From contig JAYWEM010000165.1 of assembly GCA_043779265.1 (NCBI GenBank), positions 1 through 16,597 of the forward strand: 16,597 bases of DNA. The letters are read 5' to 3'. The notes below the pieces were generated by a model. The model did not search any database. It was not told the DNA's origin and saw only the letters and a list, made by a program, of their open reading frames with translations. The translations under genes were made by a program, and so were the position numbers. This stretch comes from a bacterium (GTDB lineage Bacteria > Eisenbacteria > RBG-16-71-46). Shown here in pieces: positions 7,971-15,524 of the stretch (the first letter of the stretch is position 1; each line of letters starts with the position of its first letter).

Positions 7971-10385
7971 CTACCCCACCCACCGCCGCAGCATCGTCCG
8001 GGCCGCCTCCTTGGTGGGGATCTCACGCGCCTTCTTGATGGTGTCCCAGTCCTGCTGCTGAGCGGGGTTCAGCACCGGCAGACCGACGCAGGCCGGGCAG
8101 CCGTCGCCGCACGGGCAGCCTTCCAGGTGCGTGAGCGCGGCGTCGGCCAGTTCGTCGAGTCGTGAGTAGCCCTGCTCGGCGAATCCGAGTCCGCCGGGAT
8201 AGCGATCGAACAGGAACAGGGCCGGACGCCCCAGATTCGAGGAGTCGAGCGTGCCCTGCACATCCATCGGGTCGCACATCGACAGCAGCGGCAGTAGTTG
8301 CACGAACAGATTCCGCACCCCCCCCAGGGCCTCCCACGGGTTCAGCCCGGCAGCGGCGACGGCGCCCCAAGCCGCTTCACTCGGCGCGAACCACAACCCG
8401 GCCGTCTCGAGCGACAACCTCGGCAGCTCGAGCGGGTGATGTCCGATCGAGTCGAGCGAGCGATAGCGGATCTTCTTGAACGCCACCGTCTGCCAGCTGT
8501 ACGTGAGCTCGCCGAATCGCACGCTCTCGCCTCGCCAGTCGCGGCTCTGCAGTTCTGTGCGCACGCGCACGTTCGTCTCGAGGACGGGCTGCGTGTAGTA
8601 GTCGACCTCGCGCGGTTCGACAGTGGCGATCTTCTGCTCGAGGTCGAGCTTGCGCACCCAGTGGCTCTGTCCCTCGTGCAGGTAGATCGCCTCCGGGTAC
8701 ACGAGCTCCAGACCCGAGATCGCATCGACCGTACCCACCACGGCGTTGTTCCGCGTGCCATCGACGATGGTGTACGTGTCATCGCCCATGTTGCGCAGCG
8801 AGACCTTGCGCTGGGGGAACTCCGTCCGCGCCCAGTAGGTGCGTCCATCGATCGTCCGCGTCTCGCCCGCCTCCTCGAGTGCGGCGAGGATCGCGGGCAT
8901 CTGCGGACCGAATGCGGCCTCGTCCGCTTCGGAGAGCGGCAGCTCGTAGGCGGCGCACGCCAACTGCTGCGCCAGGAGGTACGGATTGTGCGGATCGATG
9001 CATGCCGCCTCGGGACTGCGCCCGAAGAACCACGACGGCCGACGCATCAGGTACTGGTCCACAGTGTCGTTGTACGCCACCAGGACGACGATGCTGGGCC
9101 GACCGCTGCGCCCGGCGCGTCCCGCCTGCTGCCAGATGCTTGCGAGCGTGGGGGCGGCGCCGATCAGGATCGCGGCATCCAAGCCGCCCACGTCGATCCC
9201 CAACTCGAGCGCGTTGGTGCTGACGACGCCCCGAAGCTCCCCGGAGAACAGCGCGCGTTCGATGGCGCGACGTTCCTCGGGCAGATAGCCGCCGCGGTAG
9301 GGCTTGATGCGATCGGCCAACGGCGGCAGGTGCATCGCCTCGAGTCCGAGGTTCGCATCGGCGGGCAGTCGCGCCTTGGATCGCTGGAGTTGTTCGCGCG
9401 CATAGCGGAACACCAGCTCGGCCGAGACCCGCGACTTGGTGAACGCGATCGCCTGGCCGCCTCGCTCGATCAAACCGGCCAGCAGCTGGCAGCCCTCGAC
9501 GTTGCTCGAACGCCGTTCGACGCGCGTCTCGTCGCGATAGGGCGGGTTCCAGAACACGAAGTGCTTCTCGCCCCTCGGCGCGCCATCGTCGTCCACCACC
9601 TGCACGGCTCGGCCGAGCAGCCCGGCGGCCAGTTCTCCCGGATTGCGGATGGTGGCGCTGCAGAACACCGTGCGGTACTCGCCGCCATAGTGCCGCACGA
9701 GCCGATCGAGACGGCGCAACACGTTCGAGACGTGACTGCCGAAGATGCCGCGATAGGCGTGCAGCTCGTCGACCACGACGTAGCGCAGATTGCGCAGGAA
9801 GCGCGCCCATCTCGCGTGCTGCGGCAGGATGCCGGCGTGCAGCATGTCGGGATTCGACAGGATCACGTTGGCGCGCTCGCGCAACTGCCTTCTGGTGCTC
9901 GGCGCCGTGTCGCCGTCATAGACGCCCGCCTCGAGCGAGGCGCGCACGCGTTCGTCGGCCGAGGCCACACGCGTCAGACTCTTCAACTGGTCCTGCGCCA
10001 GGGCCTTGGTCGGGAACAGGTAGAGCGCGGTGGCGCCGGGCGCTTCCAGCAGGGCCTCGAGCGTCGGGAGTTGGAAGCAGAGGCTCTTGCCGCTCGCAGT
10101 GCCCGTCACGACGACGGTGTCGTGTCCGGCGCGCAGCGACTCGATCGAGCGAACCTGGTGCGTGTAGAGCCGGTCGATGCCGCGCGCCGAGAGCGCGGCG
10201 GCGAGCGCCGGGTGGAGTCCCGGCAACAGCTCGCCGAAACGCGCGGGTCGCGCCGCGAGCGTCTCCCAATGGACCAGGGCGCCTCGGTTGTCGCGGCGCT
10301 CGGAGTACTCCGCGAGCCAGCGGACCAGACCGTCGTCCGCCTCCGACTCATCCCGCTTCGAGAACCGCCCCGGCGCGACCCTCAT
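7971..10385 (-). CDS. mrfA: MrfA/YprA (Hrq1/SftH-like) DExH-box helicase with C-terminal DUF1998 zinc-binding domain (804 aa)
   Basis: Motifs LYTHQ, TGTASGKS (I), PTKALAQDQ (Ia), YDGDT, NPDMLH, DELH (II), SAT (III), TNALELGIDVG (V), QQAGRAGR (VI), and C-terminal CD..LFDRYPGGLGF..CPCGDGCPAC. Start set at ATG 10385 because the longer ORF overlaps the neighbouring gene. The symbol is a family-level call. Confidence 0.93.
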   Translation of the reverse strand: MRVAPGRFSKRDESEADDGLVRWLAEYSERRDNRGALVHWETLAARPARFGELLPGLHPALAAALSARGIDRLYTHQVRSIESLRAGHDTVVVTGTASGKSLCFQLPTLEALLEAPGATALYLFPTKALAQDQLKSLTRVASADERVRASLEAGVYDGDTAPSTRRQLRERANVILSNPDMLHAGILPQHARWARFLRNLRYVVVDELHAYRGIFGSHVSNVLRRLDRLVRHYGGEYRTVFCSATIRNPGELAAGLLGRAVQVVDDDGAPRGEKHFVFWNPPYRDETRVERRSSNVEGCQLLAGLIERGGQAIAFTKSRVSAELVFRYAREQLQRSKARLPADANLGLEAMHLPPLADRIKPYRGGYLPEERRAIERALFSGELRGVVSTNALELGIDVGGLDAAILIGAAPTLASIWQQAGRAGRSGRPSIVVLVAYNDTVDQYLMRRPSWFFGRSPEAACIDPHNPYLLAQQLACAAYELPLSEADEAAFGPQMPAILAALEEAGETRTIDGRTYWARTEFPQRKVSLRNMGDDTYTIVDGTRNNAVVGTVDAISGLELVYPEAIYLHEGQSHWVRKLDLEQKIATVEPREVDYYTQPVLETNVRVRTELQSRDWRGESVRFGELTYSWQTVAFKKIRYRSLDSIGHHPLELPRLSLETAGLWFAPSEAAWGAVAAAGLNPWEALGGVRNLFVQLLPLLSMCDPMDVQGTLDSSNLGRPALFLFDRYPGGLGFAEQGYSRLDELADAALTHLEGCPCGDGCPACVGLPVLNPAQQQDWDTIKKAREIPTKEAARTMLRRWVG

Positions 10386-10479
10386 CCCCGTCCCCCGCTT
10401 TCGTTCACTGCACAAGCGGGCAGTATGATGCTTCGCGCACTTGCAGGGAAGCGAGAATCCGTCTGAGTCGCTCCTGGTG

Positions 10480-13119
10480 TCAGGGCAGTGCGATCGCACG
10501 GCGCACGTGGCTGGCACCGAGCTGGGAGAGCCGCAGCCAGTGGATCCCCCGTGCCGCCTCCGCAGTCGCGAACTCCAGTTGCTGACGGCCCCGTCGACCA
10601 TCGAACTCGCTGCTCACGCTCCGCCGCCCCGCGACATCGAACACCTCGATTCTGGCGGGTGCGTGGAACGGCAGGTCAAGCGTCAATCGCCAGCGACCGT
10701 CGCTCGAGGACACCGCCGAGGCGATTCCCACGCCGGCGATCCGAGGTCGCGTGACTTGGATCACGGAGCTGACATGCTCCTCGCCGCCTTGGCGTACCCG
10801 AATCCGATACTCGATGCGATCGTGATCGCCCGGCTCCGCATCGAAGAGGACCACCTCGTGCTCCCCGTTCACCAGAGCATCGGCCACATGAGTCCATGCG
10901 GCTTCTGGCCGGGCGCGGCGCTCTAGAGAAGCAGTCGCTGTCGCGCCACCAGACAGCCGCCACGAGAGTCTGATGCCGGCTCCCACGAACTCCGTGCTCA
11001 GATGTGACGCCACGATGGCAGTGGGGCCGAAGCGGTCGAACGCGAGTAGTTCGAGCAGGCTCGCCTGCGCGAAGCTGTGCGGCTGGGTGTGGGGATGCGA
11101 CGCGAGGCCTCCGTGTACGAGGAGGCGATTCGAGGAAGGCTGAACGAACAGACTCGGCTCGGCGCGAGCAAGATGCGGGCTGGTTGGGGAGAGCCTCTTC
11201 CAGGTCGGCACGGGGGGCTCTAGGTCGAGCTGCCAGAAGTCGGTGCTCACCGTGCCGTAAGTCGAGGGACGTCCGGCATGGAAGATCAAAGCGCGCCGCC
11301 CTTCATCGAACGCCATCGATGCCTGCACGAGCGGCACTGAAGCAACGGTCGTGGCGAGTGGAGACCACCGATTGGAGTCGGAGAACGCGAGCTGGTGAAG
11401 CGTGCCGTCGGAACGCAGCACGATCATCCGGTCGCCAGCCGCATCGAAGGCCGCCTGGAGTGTCGTGTAGCCACCCACGATGGGGATGCTCACCCCTGGG
11501 GCCGAGCCGATTGTCGGCAGGGCGGTCCATTGGAGCGAGTCTCCTGCTGTCTCCAGCGTCCAGGTCTGCGCGGTGTCGAGGCTCCCGTAGCCGCAGGCGA
11601 CGACAAGTCGAGCTCGTGCGGGGTCGAAGACCTGAGCGTGGAAGTATCGCTCGAGGCGCGGGCTGGACTTGACGGGGAGCTTCGTCCAGGTCGGAGTGGG
11701 AAGCAGTCGAAGCTCCCAGACGTCGAATTGCGCGATCCTCACGATGTTGCGGCCTGCTCCGTGCCCGGAGCCGCACCCTAGATCGAAGCGCGCCTCGCCG
11801 CCGAACAACAGGTGCCGCCCCGATTCGGCATCCGTCGCGAACCGTGCTCCCGTGCTTCGGACCGGACGAGACGAGGGGGTCCCGACGAGCATCTGGATCG
11901 AGCCCGTGCTGGGTGCGCCCGGAAGCAGGGTGAGTTGGTCCTGATCCACCTCGATCGCATCCACCAGCGATTGATAGCAGCCGTTCACGAGTTCGATAGT
12001 ATGCCCCGCCCAGATGATGCTCTGGCCCGTGACTGGGTCCTGTGCGAGCGCCGCTCCGCGGGTATGGGCAGGCCATGGCAAGGAAGGCGACTCATAGAGA
12101 CGCCGGCTGACATGGGAGTCGATGTCGACTGCGAAGATGTCGCTGGAGTATGGAGCGACTGGATCGAGCGGCGTGCCGAAGGCGATGATGAGTTCTCTCC
12201 GCCCAGCGTCGAGCCCGAGCACGGGCAGTCGCCGTCGACCCGGCACATCGCCCGTGAGCGTCACGGACTCCCACCTCAGAGTAGGCGAGAAGTGGAGGAT
12301 CCAGAGTCTGGAGTCCTGGTCGCCGAACAGGAACGCGCGGTCATTGGCTTCGTCCAAGACCATGCGAGCGCCCCTCCGAACACCGGGCGCCTCGCCATTC
12401 GCCAACAGTCTCACCCATCGGGGCTCGGGGCTGAACTCCACCGCCCACAACTCATCCGAGGCCTGAACCTCGTATCCACCGTAGAAGACGATGCGGTCCC
12501 GCGAGCGATCGAACACGCTCGCAGTGACTTCGTAACGATAGCTCGGTGGAATGCCCAGCATGGGAAGCACCTGCCACGGGCCCGAGAGGTCGGCGGGCGT
12601 GACATGGACCTGATTGGGGTCAGAGTAGAGGTTCGGCAGGTTCACGAGCACGAATCGATCGCGTGTCGGGTCGTAGGCTGCAGGACCTCGGTGGATGATC
12701 GGCGCATCCCGGTGCTGGTAGAACCGCGGCAGACCGTCGAGACTCGAGTGGTACCCCATGTACGATGAGAAGAAGGCGGCGGGACTCGGGAAGTAGCCCC
12801 CAGCAGTCAACACGCGACGTCGCGTGGGATCGAGCACCGAGGTGGTTCCATCGAGCATGAGCGCGCCGCCGAGCGGCAGGTGGTCCCAATCGCCGGTTTC
12901 GATGTGGTAGCGCCAGAATTCGTGGCGATCGTCGAAGTTGCCGCTCAGCCAGATGCTTCGCGTGGCAGCGTCATAGAATCCGGCATCCGCCAGCGAGATG
13001 GGCGGCGGACCGAGTCGGCGCCATGTGCCGTCCTGCGCGGAGGCCGGCTCGGAATCCGCGCCGATCACCGTCGCGAGGACATAGACTCCGAGCCGCAGCC
13101 CATGGAGAAGGGAACGCAT
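10480..13119 (-). CDS. Secreted Kelch-like double beta-propeller protein with T9SS/FlgD-Ig-like C-terminal module (879 aa)
   Basis: GGAGG precedes ATG 13119; signal peptide ends ASA|Q. About 12 repeats of the type xD..RxRxxxxGG...D.W......W. C-terminus IEVFDVAGRR..ARGIHWLRLSQLG..RRAIALP. Confidence 0.82.
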   Translation of the reverse strand: MRSLLHGLRLGVYVLATVIGADSEPASAQDGTWRRLGPPPISLADAGFYDAATRSIWLSGNFDDRHEFWRYHIETGDWDHLPLGGALMLDGTTSVLDPTRRRVLTAGGYFPSPAAFFSSYMGYHSSLDGLPRFYQHRDAPIIHRGPAAYDPTRDRFVLVNLPNLYSDPNQVHVTPADLSGPWQVLPMLGIPPSYRYEVTASVFDRSRDRIVFYGGYEVQASDELWAVEFSPEPRWVRLLANGEAPGVRRGARMVLDEANDRAFLFGDQDSRLWILHFSPTLRWESVTLTGDVPGRRRLPVLGLDAGRRELIIAFGTPLDPVAPYSSDIFAVDIDSHVSRRLYESPSLPWPAHTRGAALAQDPVTGQSIIWAGHTIELVNGCYQSLVDAIEVDQDQLTLLPGAPSTGSIQMLVGTPSSRPVRSTGARFATDAESGRHLLFGGEARFDLGCGSGHGAGRNIVRIAQFDVWELRLLPTPTWTKLPVKSSPRLERYFHAQVFDPARARLVVACGYGSLDTAQTWTLETAGDSLQWTALPTIGSAPGVSIPIVGGYTTLQAAFDAAGDRMIVLRSDGTLHQLAFSDSNRWSPLATTVASVPLVQASMAFDEGRRALIFHAGRPSTYGTVSTDFWQLDLEPPVPTWKRLSPTSPHLARAEPSLFVQPSSNRLLVHGGLASHPHTQPHSFAQASLLELLAFDRFGPTAIVASHLSTEFVGAGIRLSWRLSGGATATASLERRARPEAAWTHVADALVNGEHEVVLFDAEPGDHDRIEYRIRVRQGGEEHVSSVIQVTRPRIAGVGIASAVSSSDGRWRLTLDLPFHAPARIEVFDVAGRRSVSSEFDGRRGRQQLEFATAEAARGIHWLRLSQLGASHVRRAIALP

Positions 13120-13230
13120 GCAGGCCTCCGGAGGGTTGGTCGGAGTGCGAGCCATCTCCGACTCGACACTCAAGAGTCTATGCGGCTGACCGAGTCGAAA
13201 CCACTGCCGATCCGAGCCCGAAGCACTTTG

Positions 13231-14295
13231 TTACTCGATGGAGCGTTGGGTCTGCTCGAAGCCGCTCACCACCCAGTCGCCATCGCGGGCTTGGAAACTC
13301 ACGCGGAACGCGTCCTGTCCGCCTCGGAAGAACACCATCTGGAGCCCACTCGGATCGGTGCCCGGGGCCACTCGCCACCGCCCCTTGCCGCCCTCGTCCC
13401 AATCGAATCGACGGGCGAAGTCGACGAGTGCCGGATCGGTCACATGACGCGACGCCCGCACGTGGTCGCCAGCGATGAGCGCTGCGATCAACGAGGTGAA
13501 GGCCGAATAGGGCGACGGGACCAACTGGTCGTCGATCCGCCGGAAGCCCTTGCTGCCCCAGACGAACCGCGCCTCGCGATCGACGTGCGGACACGAGGAG
13601 CACTCATCGAAGTAGGGCGTCGGCTTGAAGGTGCGCGTGGTCAGATCCACTCCGTGATCCCCGGCCACGAACTCGCCCGCGCCGGTTCCGCCCAGAGAAT
13701 CGCCGGGGAGCAGCTGCAACAGGTCCCAGCGCCCGCCCGCCGCTCGCTTCCAGACCATGAGCGTCGGCTCGGTGCCCGAACCCACGCGTCGATCGAAGAG
13801 TGCCGCCGTCTGAGCCGTGTCAGTCGGCACGCCATCGTTGCCGAAACCGCGTGTCGCCACCTCGACCAGATGCAGTCCGCCACCCTCGATCGTCTGCAGC
13901 CGGACATCGTCGCCCTCGCGCCAGAACAGATAGGGCCAGGTACGCCCCAGCGCCTCGATCCGCGAGAACAGGTTGATGACGAGAGCCCGATCGGAGCCCG
14001 CGACCTCGCCGCCCAGGCCCAACGAATCGAGCACGCCCTGCACTCGCTCGCGCCACGGAGCGGTCGGGCGCAGTCGGAGCGCCGCGTGGACGACGCGTGC
14101 GCTGGCGGCGGCGGCCTGGTCGTCGGCGCCCTCCTCCCACTTCCTCACGGCCGTGCGCGCGAGCACGGTGAAGGAGTCCGGAGCGCTGGCGAGCGAATCG
14201 GCCTCGGGCGGGATCAACTGCGGCGTGCGGTCACAAGCCGTGATCGAGACGCACGCGAGCAGGCACAGGCCGAGCAGCGTGATGCGGCGACTCAT
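13231..14295 (-). CDS. Putative lipoprotein of unknown function with a CxxCPH motif (354 aa); paralog of the upstream gene
   Basis: MSRRITLLGLCLLACVSITA|C lipobox-like signal. Its ATG overlaps the upstream TGA (ATGA at 14295-14292). Purine-rich GAAGGAAG lies upstream. Confidence 0.8.
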   Translation of the reverse strand: MSRRITLLGLCLLACVSITACDRTPQLIPPEADSLASAPDSFTVLARTAVRKWEEGADDQAAAASARVVHAALRLRPTAPWRERVQGVLDSLGLGGEVAGSDRALVINLFSRIEALGRTWPYLFWREGDDVRLQTIEGGGLHLVEVATRGFGNDGVPTDTAQTAALFDRRVGSGTEPTLMVWKRAAGGRWDLLQLLPGDSLGGTGAGEFVAGDHGVDLTTRTFKPTPYFDECSSCPHVDREARFVWGSKGFRRIDDQLVPSPYSAFTSLIAALIAGDHVRASRHVTDPALVDFARRFDWDEGGKGRWRVAPGTDPSGLQMVFFRGGQDAFRVSFQARDGDWVVSGFEQTQRSIE

Positions 14296-15446
14296 GGTCC
14301 CACTTCCTTCGTCGTACGCGCCACCACCACGGGTTTCCAATCGCGGATCACCCAACGGCCATCCCGGATGGTGAAGTGGAAGATCCAACGCTTGAATCCG
14401 CCATCGCCCAGCACTCGCAACGCGAGCCACTCCGGCCATGGCTGCTGCTCCTCGCCGTACTCGACGGTCCAGGCGCCGCGCTGTTTCGATCGACCCCAGC
14501 CGGCATCGAGCGCCTCGCTCAAGCGACCGGGATCGGCGAGCAATCGGCCCGCGGACTCGCGATCGCCCGCGGCCAGCGTCACCGCGAACAGGCGCAACGT
14601 CGCGATGGGGCCGGGGAGGATGCGGGCATCGTGCGCCACGAAGCCCTCGGGACGCTCGGTGTAGATGCGCTCTTGGATCAGCGCCGGCGTCCCGCGCTCG
14701 AGCACGAGGAAGGAGTCCGCCTCGATCTTCTGGAAGTTGATGAGTTCGGGGTGACCATCGTTGTTGACGTCGCCGAAGGTCACGTCGCCCGGCTCGCCCA
14801 GATCGGGGCCATGCCCTTCGTACTGAACGAGATTCCAGAAATAGCCGTCGGGACTGAGCCTCAGGTACTTGAAGCCGAAACGGGCCGGAACGGAGCGCTG
14901 CGTGTACACGATCGCCGCGCCATAGGGCCCCGTCGCACGGCCGGTGTACCACGCCCGCAGGCGCGGCCGGATCCCGGCGGGGAAGCTGACGCCCTGCATG
15001 CGCAGATCGTTGCCGCGGTACCACATCAGGTAGCCGACAGCGCCCGAGCCGGGCCGATACGGATTGCGGACCATGACGAACACGATGCTCGGCTGCAGCG
15101 GATCGTTCACGACATCGACGTCGGCTCCCAGCGAATCGAGCGTCGCTTCGATGATGGGGGCCTGCAGCATATTGCTGCGGCCGAGCAGGCGGAGCAGCCG
15201 CCTCGCTCCCTGCGCGACCAGTTCGAACGCCTGGATATCGCGAGCGGAGAGTGAATCGGTCCGCTGCTCCTGGAACCGCACCTTGGCCGAACTCACGAAG
15301 CGGACGACGGAGTCCGAGGCGGCGGGCGTCCAGGGCTGCACGGCCTGCGCGAGCGCCGAAGTCGGCGCGAGCATCGACGCGGTCGACAACGCGAAGCCGA
15401 CGACGGCGAACGCGAGGAGCGCGTGGGATCGGGGTCGGTGGGTCAT
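14292..15446 (-). CDS. Putative exported protein of unknown function (384 aa) with one DxNxDG (FG-GAP/VCBS-like) motif; paralog of the downstream lipoprotein
   Basis: Signal peptide MTHRPRSHALLAFAVVGFALSTASMLAPTSALA|Q and motif FGDVNNDGHPELI. Start uncertain (15446, 15458 or 15461). Confidence 0.78.
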   Translation of the reverse strand: MTHRPRSHALLAFAVVGFALSTASMLAPTSALAQAVQPWTPAASDSVVRFVSSAKVRFQEQRTDSLSARDIQAFELVAQGARRLLRLLGRSNMLQAPIIEATLDSLGADVDVVNDPLQPSIVFVMVRNPYRPGSGAVGYLMWYRGNDLRMQGVSFPAGIRPRLRAWYTGRATGPYGAAIVYTQRSVPARFGFKYLRLSPDGYFWNLVQYEGHGPDLGEPGDVTFGDVNNDGHPELINFQKIEADSFLVLERGTPALIQERIYTERPEGFVAHDARILPGPIATLRLFAVTLAAGDRESAGRLLADPGRLSEALDAGWGRSKQRGAWTVEYGEEQQPWPEWLALRVLGDGGFKRWIFHFTIRDGRWVIRDWKPVVVARTTKEVGP

Positions 15447-15456
15447 GGCACGGACC

Positions 15457-15484
15457 ATCATCGTGGCGCGGCCGAGGCGGTCAA
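15457..15484 (-). promoter_or_regulatory. Possible sigma70 promoter for the paralog pair
   Basis: Minus strand TTGACC (15484-15479) - N16 - GATGAT (15462-15457), 10 nt before ATG 15446; no clear SD, so a near-leaderless transcript is possible. Confidence 0.3.
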
Positions 15485-15524
15485 GCAGCAAGCCCACCCC
15501 GCACGGATTCCTCACGGGTTCTTG

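Noticed and set aside
1007..10385. DISARM/Dpd-like defence system (DUF1998 helicase + methyltransferase + nuclease)
   Set aside because: The helicase is a full-length MrfA/YprA type, the MTase lacks DNA-MTase catalytic motifs, and no DrmA, PLD or SNF2 genes are present. A repair module explains it better.
8298..10466. 722-aa plus-strand ORF
   Set aside because: Antisense shadow of the helicase in high-GC DNA, with no recognisable motifs.
10386..10601. N-terminal extension of the helicase ORF
   Set aside because: It overlaps the 3' end of the Kelch-like gene. ATG 10385 has a purine-rich SD-like sequence and gives a typical family length.
13585..13602. c-type cytochrome heme-binding site
   Set aside because: The motif is CxxCPH, not CxxCH.
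12880..14664. 594-aa plus-strand ORF and other long Arg/Ala/Pro-rich alternative-frame ORFs across the window
   Set aside because: They overlap well-supported genes, and their composition is typical of stop-poor GC-rich off-frames.
14296..15024. N-terminal extension of the 597-aa ORF (possible overlap or frameshift fusion with the upstream gene)
   Set aside because: The extension is off-frame within the upstream gene. The real start is the ATGA-coupled ATG at 14295, followed by a lipoprotein signal.
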